Source of the DNA: Minisyncoccota bacterium
GTDB lineage: Bacteria; Patescibacteriota; Minisyncoccia; Phycocordibacterales; UBA9973
Direction: 5' to 3'
NCBI GenBank assembly: GCA_041650615.1
Contig: JBAZKU010000001.1
Location: 386,360 to 450,359, forward strand
Length of the DNA: 64,000 nt
Made by a program: the position numbers and the translations under genes. Positions 54,093-63,358 of the stretch are shown piece by piece; the stretch's first letter is position 1; the number at the start of each line of letters is the position of its first letter. The notes beneath the pieces were generated by a model. That model saw nothing but the letters and a program-made list of their open reading frames with translations. It searched no databases and was not told the DNA's origin.

Positions 54093-54536
54093 TTATTTTA
54101 TTCTATTGTTTATTTTATCTAAATATCGCTGTAATATCAAAGCGGCGGCAGAAGCGTCTATGCGTCCGCTTTTGATTTGTTTCAATTTGCTATGCGTTTG
54201 TGATTTATTTAAATTTTCTTTATTATCTTTTGATCGGCGAGCTTCCACTGACGTTAAAAATTCTTTCTGCTTATAAATTGGCAATTTAAATTTATCTTCC
54301 AGCTCTTTAATAAAAATTTCAATCCTGGCAGATAAAATATTCAATTTTCCCGAAAAATCTACTGATTCTCCAATCACAATTTCTTTAATGTTTTCTCCTT
54401 TTATAATTTCATCCAGCCTTTTAAAACCATTTAAATCGTTAATTATGATTTCCTTTGGAAAAGCCAACACTCCTTCCTCATCCGAGGTAGCCAAGCCAAT
54501 CCTTTTAGTCCCATAATCAATGCCTAAAAAACGCAT
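54093..54536 (-). CDS. yqgF: YqgF/RuvX family RNase H-like nuclease
   Basis: LGIDYGTKRIGLA, E.LTSVEA, IDASAAALILQ. Confidence 0.93.
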   Translation of the reverse strand: MRFLGIDYGTKRIGLATSDEEGVLAFPKEIIINDLNGFKRLDEIIKGENIKEIVIGESVDFSGKLNILSARIEIFIKELEDKFKLPIYKQKEFLTSVEARRSKDNKENLNKSQTHSKLKQIKSGRIDASAAALILQRYLDKINNRIK

Positions 54537-54546
54537 AGTAAGATAC

Positions 54547-54626
54547 TAGCACCCCCACACTTATATTTGCAATACAACTTCGTTGCGCGCCTTTGGCGCT
54601 TTGCAAATATAAGTGTGGGGGTAGCA
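54547..54626. mobile_element. CCCCACAC-type hairpin element with TAGCA direct repeats
   Basis: TAGCA-CCCCCACACTTATATTTGCAA...TTGCAAATATAAGTGTGGGGG-TAGCA. Confidence 0.75.
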
Positions 54627-54656
54627 TAAAAAATTTATTTCTGGTATAATGCGTGC

Positions 54657-54926
54657 ATGATGAACCAATTAAATCCGTTTTTAGTTAGTGGAGGGTGGGG
54701 GTATATTACTATTATATTATTGGTGTGGACTTTGTTTTGGAAAGGATGTTCCTTATGGATAGCGGGCAAAAGGGATGAAAAATGGTGGTTTTTAGCGCTC
54801 CTTGTACTTAATACCGCCGGCATCTTAGATATTGTATATATTTTCCTTATTGCCAAAAAGAAGTGGAGTGATGTGCAGGGAATTTTTACTAAAAAAGCAC
54901 CTCAAAATCAATCCGCTAATCAATAA
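54657..54926 (+). CDS. small membrane protein (DUF5652-like)
   Basis: WKGCSLW, WFLALLVLNTAGILDIVY. Confidence 0.75.
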   Translation: MMNQLNPFLVSGGWGYITIILLVWTLFWKGCSLWIAGKRDEKWWFLALLVLNTAGILDIVYIFLIAKKKWSDVQGIFTKKAPQNQSANQ

Positions 54927-54961
54927 ACTAAAAATGCCTCCGCGAGGAGGCTTTTTAGTTT
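54926..54961 (+). terminator. intrinsic terminator
   Basis: AACTAAAAATGCCTCC...GGAGGCTTTTTAGTT. Confidence 0.6.
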
Positions 54962-55005
54962 TCAAAGCTTGAGAAAAGTCTTAAAATAAAGTAAGGTAAT
55001 GAAAC

Positions 55006-55090
55006 GGAGGCGTGCGTGAGCGGTTGAAACGAGCGGTCTTGAAAACCGCCATGGCGAAAGCCATCGTGAGTTCGAATCTCACCGCCTCCG
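55006..55090 (+). tRNA. tRNA-Ser (UGA)
   Basis: GCGGT-CTTGAAA-ACCGC anticodon arm, long variable arm. Confidence 0.95.
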
Positions 55091-55098
55091 CTTTGAGC

Positions 55099-55258
55099 CC
55101 CGCGAAAAGCGGAGGCGAGCAAGCAAACTGCTTTGCTTGCGTGTGAGATGAGAACGACGGAATGTGAAATTTTCAGTAGAAAATTTCCATGAGTCGGTGG
55201 CTAGGCCAAAATTTTACGACGGGAAAATTTTGAGTCGAAGCCGAACCACCGCCTCCGC
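55099..55258. repeat. tRNA-derived structured element (inverted plus direct copies of the tRNA-Ser 3' end)
   Basis: AAAGCGGAGGCG...GTGAGAT..GAAC antisense to tRNA 3' half; CACCGCCTCCGC direct copy at 55247-55258. Confidence 0.75.
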
Positions 55259-55262
55259 AAAC

Positions 55263-55835
55263 ATGAAAATTGGAAAAACTTTATATATAACGAATAGAAA
55301 AGCCTGGCGAGCATGGCTAGCCAAAAATCATAAAAGCAAAACAGAAATTTGGTTAGTTTATTTTCGTAAAAAAACCGGCAAACCCCGTATTCCCTATGAT
55401 GATGCAGTAGAGGAAGCATTATGCTATGGCTGGATAGATAGTATAGTTAAAAATATTGATAAAGAGCGTTTTGCTCAAAGATTTTCTGTACGAAAAAATA
55501 CAAGCGTTTTATCTCAAGTAAATAAAGAACGTATATATAAACTTATCACTGCCAAGAAAATGACAAAAATAGGACTTTCTGCCGTCTCGCATGTTTTTAA
55601 TCCTCAAAAAAATAAGGGTTCACTTTTTATTTTCCCCATAGATATTATTAAATCATTAAAAGCCGATAGCCAAGTTTGGAGAAATTTTCAAAAATTTCCT
55701 GAAGGATACAAGCGAATTAGAATTGCATACATTGAGGGACAAAAAACACGAGGAAAAGAAAAATATCAAAAAACACTTAACTATTTTATAAAAATGACCA
55801 AAAAAAATAAACAATTCGGTTTTGTTAAAGTATAG
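55263..55835 (+). CDS. YdeI/OmpD-associated family protein
   Basis: WRAWL..NH, YDDAVEEALCYGWID, RFS.RK; start revised to MKIGKT. Confidence 0.9.
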   Translation: MKIGKTLYITNRKAWRAWLAKNHKSKTEIWLVYFRKKTGKPRIPYDDAVEEALCYGWIDSIVKNIDKERFAQRFSVRKNTSVLSQVNKERIYKLITAKKMTKIGLSAVSHVFNPQKNKGSLFIFPIDIIKSLKADSQVWRNFQKFPEGYKRIRIAYIEGQKTRGKEKYQKTLNYFIKMTKKNKQFGFVKV

Positions 55836-55974
55836 TTTTATATTATTGATTATATTAAAAAATTCTAGGCAAAATAAAACGCCCTATAAAATAATAATCG
55901 ACCCTGATACAGTGTACTCAGGATGGATGAAAATATCGTGAAATATGCTATATTTAAAAAGCGAAGAATGATTT

Positions 55975-56904
55975 ATGACAGAAAGCCTTTTAATATTTAT
56001 TTTTTCGTTATTTTTAGTCGTTAAGGGCGCAACCCTGGCGACAAAATATTCCGCCAAACTGGCAGAGAGTTTTCATCTTTCAAAATATGTCGTCGGTTTT
56101 ATTATTGTCGCTTTTATTTCAATTTTACCCGAAACCCTTATATCAATAAATTCAGCCCTTAAGGGAATTCCGGAATTCGGTCTTGGTACTTTATTCGGGT
56201 CAAATGTCGCCGACCTCTCGCTCATTTTTGCTATTTTAATCATCTGTGCCGGACGTGGAATAAAAATAGAAAGCAAGGTAATGAAAGATGTTCGTTTATA
56301 TCCTTTCTTTTTATTACTGCCTCTTATTTTCGGACTAAACGGACACTATTCCCGCATTGAGGGTATTTTTCTCATTATTGCCGGAATAATTTTTTATTAC
56401 ATAGTTTTTAAAAATAGCAAAGACAAATCAACTGCCTTGCATGATGGAAAAAATAAATGTAAAAATTTTTTTCTGCTACTTTTTGCCATGGCCCTTTTGC
56501 TGGTCGGCTCACATTTTACGGTCACCTCAGCAACCACCCTAGCTCAAGAATTGAGAATGACTCCGCTTCTTATCGGCATGCTTGTAGTTAGTTTGGGAAC
56601 AACGATGCCGGAACTATTTTATTCTCTCAAATCGGTAAAAAGAAAAGATGACGGACTGGCAATTGGCGATATTTTAGGATCGGTTTTGGCGGATGCCACT
56701 ATTGTCGTCGGACTTCTTTCTTTTATCAGTCCTTTTTCTTTCCCGGTAAAAATTGTTTATATCACAGGGGCATTCATGATAATTGCTTCGTTTATATTGC
56801 TAAAATTTATGCGTTCGGAACGAATTCTATCAAAAAAAGAAGGTTATTTGCTTTTAGTATTTTGGATCTGTTACGTAATTATTGAATTCATAATAAATAT
56901 ATAA
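55975..56904 (+). CDS. Ca2+:cation antiporter (YrbG-like)
   Basis: alpha repeats SILPE...GTLFGSNVAD and GTTMPE...GDILGS. Confidence 0.92.
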   Translation: MTESLLIFIFSLFLVVKGATLATKYSAKLAESFHLSKYVVGFIIVAFISILPETLISINSALKGIPEFGLGTLFGSNVADLSLIFAILIICAGRGIKIESKVMKDVRLYPFFLLLPLIFGLNGHYSRIEGIFLIIAGIIFYYIVFKNSKDKSTALHDGKNKCKNFFLLLFAMALLLVGSHFTVTSATTLAQELRMTPLLIGMLVVSLGTTMPELFYSLKSVKRKDDGLAIGDILGSVLADATIVVGLLSFISPFSFPVKIVYITGAFMIIASFILLKFMRSERILSKKEGYLLLVFWICYVIIEFIINI

Positions 56905-56951
56905 GGGATTTATCGGCTACTAACTAGATTTAAAACAGGGGTTGGGGTATG

Positions 56952-56981
56952 CCCCTATTTTGAATAAAATAGGTGTGGGGG
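56952..56981. repeat. partial CCCCACAC-type hairpin abutting a -10 box
   Basis: CCCCTATTTT...AAAATAGGTGTGGGGG then TATAAT. Confidence 0.5.
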
Positions 56982-56994
56982 TATAATTATACTA

Positions 56995-57462
56995 ATGGAT
57001 GGAGAAAAAAAAATAGAATGGACTGCGCTGGAATATGAAGAAAAAGAACGAGGCAATGATTGGTTTTGGGCGCTCGGTGTTATTATTGTGGCAAGTTCAA
57101 TCGCTTCATTTATTTATAACAACTATTTCTTTGGACTACTTCTAATCATAGGCGGAATATTACTTGGATTTTTCGCTGTTAAAAAACCGGATTTAGTTTT
57201 TTACGAATTAAATGAAAATGGGTTAAAAATTAAAAATCGTCTTTACCCTTACGAAAATATAAAGTCTTTTTGGGTAAAAAAAGAGGGAAAAAAACCTACG
57301 CTTTTTATAAAATCAGAAAGATTATTTATGCCAATAATTTCTATACCAATACAATCGAATCTTGCAGAAGAAATAAAAAAAATCATGCTTTCAAATAATG
57401 TCATTGAAGAAGAAATGAAGGAACATCTTTCCGAAAAAATAATGGATTCTCTAGGTTTCTAG
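56995..57462 (+). CDS. membrane protein, two TM helices plus PH-like domain
   Basis: W.A.EY, WFW, G.KI....YPY..IKSFW. Confidence 0.7.
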   Translation: MDGEKKIEWTALEYEEKERGNDWFWALGVIIVASSIASFIYNNYFFGLLLIIGGILLGFFAVKKPDLVFYELNENGLKIKNRLYPYENIKSFWVKKEGKKPTLFIKSERLFMPIISIPIQSNLAEEIKKIMLSNNVIEEEMKEHLSEKIMDSLGF

Positions 57463-57505
57463 TTTGAGTTTTTTAATAAAAACTGCTAATCTTCAATTGT
57501 TTGAA

Positions 57506-57577
57506 GCCCTCATAGTTTAATGGATAGAATGCGAGCTTGCGGAGTTTGCGATGTAGGTTCGATTCCTACTGAGGGCA
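57506..57577 (+). tRNA. tRNA-Arg (GCG)
   Basis: Anticodon arm CGAGC-TTGCGGA-GTTTG; body nearly identical to tRNA-Arg(UCU). Confidence 0.9.
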
Positions 57578-57599
57578 CAATTCATGTTATATTTAGCAT

Positions 57600-58178
57600 A
57601 TGTTATTTAACGAGGATGACGAAGAAATAATTGCTTTATATAAAAATGGCGACCAAGAAGCATTTAAGGGCTTAATAAGCCGATATTCTTCCCCTCTTTA
57701 CAATTTTACCGCGCGCTTGACCGATAAAAACAACGCCTCTGATGTGGTTCAAGAAACTTTTATAAAAGTTTGGAAAAATTTGCATAAATTTGATCCTTCA
57801 AAAGCAAGTTTCAAGACCTGGATTTTTACTATCGCTAAAAACACTGCCACTGATTTTTTAAGAAAGAAAAAGAGTTTATCTTTTTCTGATATGGAGGAAA
57901 GTATTAATAAAGATGGCAGTGAAAATATTAATTCTTTTTCAGAAAATATTCCGGATGAGGAATTAATTCCAGATGAAGCTTTGCAGAAATTGCAAGACTC
58001 TATGCTACTTAATAAAGTATTGGACAAACTTCCAATACACTATAAGACGATACTAGTGCTTCATTATCAAGAAGATATGACTTTTGACGAAATAGGAAAA
58101 GTTTTAGACAAACCTTTGAATACGGTAAAAAGTCAGCATCATCGTGCAATTGTCCTGTTGCGAAAAATGATTGATTAA
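57600..58178 (+). CDS. ECF sigma factor
   Basis: DVVQETFIKVW, FKTWIFTIAKN, region 4 TFDEIG..L..PLNTVKS. Confidence 0.96.
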   Translation: MLFNEDDEEIIALYKNGDQEAFKGLISRYSSPLYNFTARLTDKNNASDVVQETFIKVWKNLHKFDPSKASFKTWIFTIAKNTATDFLRKKKSLSFSDMEESINKDGSENINSFSENIPDEELIPDEALQKLQDSMLLNKVLDKLPIHYKTILVLHYQEDMTFDEIGKVLDKPLNTVKSQHHRAIVLLRKMID

Positions 58179-58207
58179 TGCACCAAAAACAGATTTTTCA
58201 CCGTATA
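58179..58207 (+). promoter_or_regulatory. candidate ECF-type promoter
   Basis: TGCACC-17-CGTATA, resembling TGAAAC/CGTA ECF promoters. Confidence 0.45.
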
Positions 58208-58218
58208 TACACAGACAT

Positions 58219-58641
58219 ATGGAAAAAGAATTAATAAAAGCGTTTCATAAAGCTAAATATGAAGAAACTCCAGATTTAGCTGAAGATGTTTGGTATAGTA
58301 TAACCGTACGCAATAAACGTATCGCTCGCCTAAAATTATGGACCTTTTCTTTTGCCGGAGTTGCCTCTTTAATAGGAATCGTTCCTGCCTGGAAAGCATT
58401 ATCCAGCGACTTAGCGCAATCCGGGTTTTATGAATATCTTTCTTTGGTCTTTTCCAGTAGCGATTCAATTTTCTCTTATTGGAAAGAACTTGCGTTTTCT
58501 ATTGCCGAATCATTACCAACAACCAGTATTATTTTATCGTTTTCGCTTGTTTTCATTTTGTTTTTATCGCTCAAATATGCGGCAAGACAAATTATTAAAG
58601 GTCAATTATTTTCTACAAGGTTTTCAACCTTATCATTTTAA
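58219..58641 (+). CDS. putative membrane anti-sigma factor
   Basis: Follows ECF gene; short cytoplasmic N-terminus plus 2 TM helices; start revised to MEKELI. Confidence 0.6.
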   Translation: MEKELIKAFHKAKYEETPDLAEDVWYSITVRNKRIARLKLWTFSFAGVASLIGIVPAWKALSSDLAQSGFYEYLSLVFSSSDSIFSYWKELAFSIAESLPTTSIILSFSLVFILFLSLKYAARQIIKGQLFSTRFSTLSF

Positions 58642-58653
58642 TTAAAAAAATAT

Positions 58654-59148
58654 ATGAAAAAAATATATGAAGATATAAAAAGGGTTTTTGAATCAAAGGT
58701 TTCAACTGGGGTTTTGGTTGGAATTGGAATTATTATAATTGCTATGTTAGTTTTTTCTGCTGGAATTTTTGTCGGTTTTCGTAAGGCGTCTTTTGGGCGC
58801 GCTTGGGGAGAAAATTATGAACGAAATTTCGGAATGAGACCCAATCGTTCTATGTTCGGCGAAGATAATTTTCCAAATGCCCATGGCGCAACAGGGAAAA
58901 TCATAAAAGTAGAATTACCCGCGATTATAGTACAAGATAAAGACAATACAGAAAAAGTGATTTTGATAAAAGATGACACGCAAATACAAAAAATGAAGGG
59001 AGAGGTCGCAACTAATGATTTAAAAACAGATGATTTTGTTGTTGTAATAGGAAATCCCAACGAGCAAGGTCAAATAGAAGCAAAGTTTATAAGAATAATG
59101 CCCATAGGTGATATGCCTGTCTTTCCACCACCGGCACCAATAAAATAA
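58654..59148 (+). CDS. membrane-anchored OB-fold-like (DUF5666-like) protein
   Basis: TM; G.II....T.I...DL..DD.VVV.G....GQIEAKFIRI. Confidence 0.6.
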   Translation: MKKIYEDIKRVFESKVSTGVLVGIGIIIIAMLVFSAGIFVGFRKASFGRAWGENYERNFGMRPNRSMFGEDNFPNAHGATGKIIKVELPAIIVQDKDNTEKVILIKDDTQIQKMKGEVATNDLKTDDFVVVIGNPNEQGQIEAKFIRIMPIGDMPVFPPPAPIK

Positions 59149-59149
59149 T

Positions 59150-60772
59150 ATGAAAAATTATTTAAACAAAATTAAAAATTATATTACTCTGCATAAATTT
59201 ATTAGCACCATTATTCTCATAGTAATTTTACTCATTGGTTATTGGGGATACGGAAAAGCCACAAATACCACTGGTGAGACGCAGTACATAACAACTACCG
59301 TACAAAAAGGTACAATAGTTTCATCCGTTACCGCCAGCGGACAAGTTGAAAGCTCCAACCAAATTGATTTGACTGCAAAAGTTTCCGGTACAATTACTTA
59401 CGTTGGCGTAAAAGCCGGTGATAAAGTCACAAAAGGTAAAACGCTTTTCTCAATTGATAATTCCGATGCAAAAAAAACTATTCGGGATGCGGAAATAAAT
59501 CTAGAAAATGCAAATTTAGCGCTACAAAAACTTAAAATCCAAAACTCCGATACAAATTTGAGCGCAGATCTGGTAAGAGCTTATGATGACGGTTTTAACG
59601 CCGTTTCAAATACATTTCTAGATTTATCATCTGTCATCCCGGGAGTTGAAGATATTTTAAATGAATCAAACCTTTCAGATAATGCCGCTAGAGATAGCGG
59701 TATCATAGCAGTAGATTATAAACGGAAGGCTGAAAAATTATATTATGAAGCTCAAAATGATTTTCAAGAAAATGCAGTATTTTTTAGAACACTTGACCAT
59801 AGTTCATCAGAAACTGATATTGAAAAAATTATAGATGATACTTATAAAGTAACTATTACTTTATCCGATGCTTTAAATAGTACTAAAAATTACGTGGATT
59901 ATTTGGCGCAAAACACAGGCAGAACTTCTGATTTTTCTTCTTTCCAAGATACTCTTTCTGATTATATAAGTAAGATAAATGCGGACACTTCCAGCCTTTT
60001 TTCGGCTAAAACAAACATAACAAGCTATAAAGACACTTCCATAAGCAACAATCTAGATATACAAACTTCAGAATTATCTCTTAAACAAAAAGAAAATGCT
60101 TTACAAGATGCAAAAGATGATTTGTTAAATTATTATTTATTCGCGCCTTTTGACGGAATAATAGCGAGCATCACAGCCAAAGTCGGAGATACTGCTTCTG
60201 GGACACTCGGTTCAATAATTACAAATCAAAAAATTGCCACATTGTCTATGAATGAAGTGGATGTAGCAAAAATAAAACTTGGAGAAAAAGCAATCATAAC
60301 GTTTGATGCCGTAGAAAATTTGTCTATGACCGGCTCCGTAGTAGAAATTGATACTATAGGCACGGTATCTAGTGGAGTTGTAACATATGCCGTAAAAGTT
60401 GCATTTGACACAGAAAATGACCAAGTAAAACCAGGAATGAGCGTATCAGCATCTATTATTACTGATTCAAAAACCGATATTCTTATTGTTCCTTCTAGCG
60501 CAATAAAAACCAAAGGCACTACAAAATATGTTCAAATGTTTACTACCCCACTTGCTGCCCCTGCTACAGGGTCTAGAGGAACACCTTCTAGTGTGGAGCC
60601 AAATCAAGTAACTGTGGAAATAGGAATTTCGGATGATACGAATACAGAAATTATTTCAGGGTTAAAAGAGGGAGATCAAATTGTTTCTAGCACTATAACT
60701 AGTAGCACTACTAATACCACTAGTAAAACTAGCACAAATAGTTTATTAGGTGGAGGGGCGCCAAGAATGTAA
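59150..60772 (+). CDS. efflux membrane fusion / periplasmic adaptor (MacA-like)
   Basis: lipoyl halves VSG.I..V.VKAGDKV and APFDG.I, KPGMSV, EIISGLKEGD. Confidence 0.92.
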   Translation: MKNYLNKIKNYITLHKFISTIILIVILLIGYWGYGKATNTTGETQYITTTVQKGTIVSSVTASGQVESSNQIDLTAKVSGTITYVGVKAGDKVTKGKTLFSIDNSDAKKTIRDAEINLENANLALQKLKIQNSDTNLSADLVRAYDDGFNAVSNTFLDLSSVIPGVEDILNESNLSDNAARDSGIIAVDYKRKAEKLYYEAQNDFQENAVFFRTLDHSSSETDIEKIIDDTYKVTITLSDALNSTKNYVDYLAQNTGRTSDFSSFQDTLSDYISKINADTSSLFSAKTNITSYKDTSISNNLDIQTSELSLKQKENALQDAKDDLLNYYLFAPFDGIIASITAKVGDTASGTLGSIITNQKIATLSMNEVDVAKIKLGEKAIITFDAVENLSMTGSVVEIDTIGTVSSGVVTYAVKVAFDTENDQVKPGMSVSASIITDSKTDILIVPSSAIKTKGTTKYVQMFTTPLAAPATGSRGTPSSVEPNQVTVEIGISDDTNTEIISGLKEGDQIVSSTITSSTTNTTSKTSTNSLLGGGAPRM

Positions 60773-60779
60773 TCTTTCT

Positions 60780-61463
60780 ATGATTGAAATAAAAAATATT
60801 ACTAAAATATATAAAAGTGACGCGGAAGACTTTAAAGCTTTAAATGGAATAACTTTTACCATTAAAGATGGGGAATATGTTGCAATTATGGGACCATCAG
60901 GGTCTGGTAAATCAACCCTTATGCATATTTTGGGGGCGCTTGATAAACCATCTTCTGGTACATATTTTCTTGACGGGAAAGATGTTTCTACCCTTTCTGA
61001 TGACAATCTCGCAGATATTCGAAGAGATAAGATTGGGTTTGTTTTTCAATCATTCAATCTTTTGCCCCGCGCAACGGTATTGCGCAACGTCTCCTTACCG
61101 CTTGTTTATGAAGGAATTCATGATGGCGAACGAGACAGGCGCGCGAAGAAAGCGCTGTTTGATGCAGGACTAGAAGAAACCCATTTCGGGCATCTTTCCA
61201 ATCAGCTTTCAGGGGGACAAATTCAACGAGTGGCAATCGCACGCGCCCTTGTAAATAATCCAACACTTATACTTGCCGATGAACCAACCGGGAACCTTGA
61301 TACAAAAACTGGAGAAATCGTTTTGGATACATTTCAAAAATTAAATCGTGATTTAGGTCGTACAATTATTCTTATCACCCACGAACAAGACGTAGCAGAA
61401 CATGCAGATAGAATCATTCATATTAGAGATGGAATGATTATAAGTGATAAAAAAACAAAATAA
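60780..61463 (+). CDS. ABC transporter ATP-binding protein (MacB/LolD-like)
   Basis: GPSGSGKST, LSGGQ, ADEPTGNLD. Confidence 0.97.
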   Translation: MIEIKNITKIYKSDAEDFKALNGITFTIKDGEYVAIMGPSGSGKSTLMHILGALDKPSSGTYFLDGKDVSTLSDDNLADIRRDKIGFVFQSFNLLPRATVLRNVSLPLVYEGIHDGERDRRAKKALFDAGLEETHFGHLSNQLSGGQIQRVAIARALVNNPTLILADEPTGNLDTKTGEIVLDTFQKLNRDLGRTIILITHEQDVAEHADRIIHIRDGMIISDKKTK

Positions 61464-61470
61464 AAAAACT

Positions 61471-62697
61471 ATGAAAGTAAAAGATATTTTAGAAGAAACA
61501 TACAGCGCGCTTTTTTCAAATAAAACTCGAACAGGACTTACCATGCTTGGTATTGTTATAGGGATAGCTTCGGTTATAGCCATGACCGCAATTGGACAAG
61601 GTTCAAAAAATTCTATCTCGTCAAGTATTGAATCAATAGGGGCAAATTTAATTATGGTTACACCCGGAGCCACACGTTCTTTTGGTGGCGGACCAAACGC
61701 TGCCCGAGGTGGAGCTCAAACATTAACGTTACAAGATGCTGACGCAATTCAGTCTCAAATATCAAATGTGGTTGGAGTTGCAAGAGAAGTATCCGCACGC
61801 CAACAAGTAACAGCAACAGGGACAAATACAAATACAAGCATTATGGGAACTGAACCATCTTATGAAACAGTTCGTAATATTTCTATTGATGAAGGAAATT
61901 TCATATCAGATCAAAATGTAACAAGTGGTTCAAAGGTTGCCGTGTTGGGACCGACCACAAGGGACGATTTATTTGGTGAAAATGCTACCGATGTCGTTGG
62001 CCAAAAAATTCGTATTTCTGGCTCAGAATACAAAGTAATTGGAGTTACAAAATCAAAAGGGGGTTCTGGTTTTAGTAATAGTGACGATATAATTTATATC
62101 CCCTATACCACCGCTCAAAGATATCTTTCCGGCAATAAATATTTAAGCGAGATTGATGTTTCGGCAGAAAGTTCTGAAGCCTCTCCCCAGGTTCAAACCG
62201 ACATAACAGCATTATTACTTGAACGTCATAACATTACAGACGCTACGAAGGCTGATTTTAGTACAATGAACCAAGCGGATGTTATTGAGACTGCTTCAAG
62301 CGTTGCAAGTACTTTTACTACTTTACTTGCTGCGGTAGCCGGTATTTCCCTTTTGGTTGGGGGCATTGGGATTATGAATATGATGTTAACTACAGTGACA
62401 GAACGCACCAGAGAAATAGGATTGCGTAAGGCTATTGGGGCAAAACGAAAAGATATTAATACGCAATTTTTAACAGAGGCGGTTGTTCTTACCTTTGTTG
62501 GCGGGACTGCGGGAATAATCCTCGGATGGCTAATATCTTTCATTCTTACCTATTTTGCAGTTTTAACAGCTGAAGTTTCGTTGTATTCAGTATTGTTGGC
62601 ATTCGGAGTATCTACGGTAATTGGTATTCTCTTCGGTTACTATCCAGCTCGACATGCGGCATCTTTGAATCCAATAGATGCCTTAAGGTATGAGTAA
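61471..62697 (+). CDS. ABC transporter permease (MacB/FtsX family)
   Basis: RTGLTMLGIVIG, VTERTREIGLRKAIGA, PIDALRYE. Confidence 0.97.
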   Translation: MKVKDILEETYSALFSNKTRTGLTMLGIVIGIASVIAMTAIGQGSKNSISSSIESIGANLIMVTPGATRSFGGGPNAARGGAQTLTLQDADAIQSQISNVVGVAREVSARQQVTATGTNTNTSIMGTEPSYETVRNISIDEGNFISDQNVTSGSKVAVLGPTTRDDLFGENATDVVGQKIRISGSEYKVIGVTKSKGGSGFSNSDDIIYIPYTTAQRYLSGNKYLSEIDVSAESSEASPQVQTDITALLLERHNITDATKADFSTMNQADVIETASSVASTFTTLLAAVAGISLLVGGIGIMNMMLTTVTERTREIGLRKAIGAKRKDINTQFLTEAVVLTFVGGTAGIILGWLISFILTYFAVLTAEVSLYSVLLAFGVSTVIGILFGYYPARHAASLNPIDALRYE

Positions 62698-62720
62698 ATT
62701 ATTAGTAATTATTAATTAAT

Positions 62721-62755
62721 CCCAGTAGTAGAGCAAAGCTCACTACAGGACAAGT
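62721..62755. repeat. tailed hairpin repeat
   Basis: CCCAGTAGTAGAGCAAAGCTCACTACAGG-ACAAGT; relative of 35917. Confidence 0.6.
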
Positions 62756-62761
62756 AAAAAA

Positions 62762-63199
62762 ATGAATAAAAAAACAATTATTTATGTAATAGTGGGAATT
62801 ATAGTTTTAGTGGGAATGTTTTTTATAGGTATGTCTTATGGGAAAAATAGCACTAGTGGAATGAAAAATGTAAATGGGTTTGGTGCAGATATACAAAATC
62901 AAGCTGGCCAATTTGGGATGAATAATAAAAACAATAAAAATATTAGCGGAGGAATTGTAAGTGGAGAAATTATCTCAAAAGATGAAAAAAGTGCTACCGT
63001 CAAACTTATAGATGGTGGCTCAAAAATTATTTTCTTTGATACAAATACTGTCGTTTCAAAGATGACCACTGGGTCTTTAACTGACTTGGCAACAAATACA
63101 GAAATTTCAATTACGGGAACAACAAATTCTGACGGTAGTATTACTGCAAAATCCATTCAAATAAGACCTCAAATAAAACCAATTACCCCTTCTCAATAA
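62762..63199 (+). CDS. membrane-anchored OB-fold-like protein, similar in layout to 58654
   Basis: TM; GEIISKD, G..NSDGSITAKSIQIRP. Confidence 0.65.
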   Translation: MNKKTIIYVIVGIIVLVGMFFIGMSYGKNSTSGMKNVNGFGADIQNQAGQFGMNNKNNKNISGGIVSGEIISKDEKSATVKLIDGGSKIIFFDTNTVVSKMTTGSLTDLATNTEISITGTTNSDGSITAKSIQIRPQIKPITPSQ

Positions 63200-63224
63200 T
63201 CAAATAAAATTTTAATTTAGTTGT

Positions 63225-63261
63225 AAAAATACCTTATAAACCTAGTTTATAAGGTATTTTT
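63225..63261 (+). terminator. intrinsic terminator
   Basis: AAAAATACCTTATAAAC-CTA-GTTTATAAGGTATTTTT. Confidence 0.7.
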
Positions 63262-63358
63262 ATGCGAATAAAATAGCTATTGACTTTTTCTCGTAATGGT
63301 GCTATCCTTATAACAGAAAATTCTTTCATAAAACAATTATAAAAAGGAGAAACAACAG

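Noticed and set aside
55164-55262. N-terminal extension of the YdeI ORF
   Set aside because: Read-through of the tRNA-derived element; the family-like sequence starts at ATG 55263.
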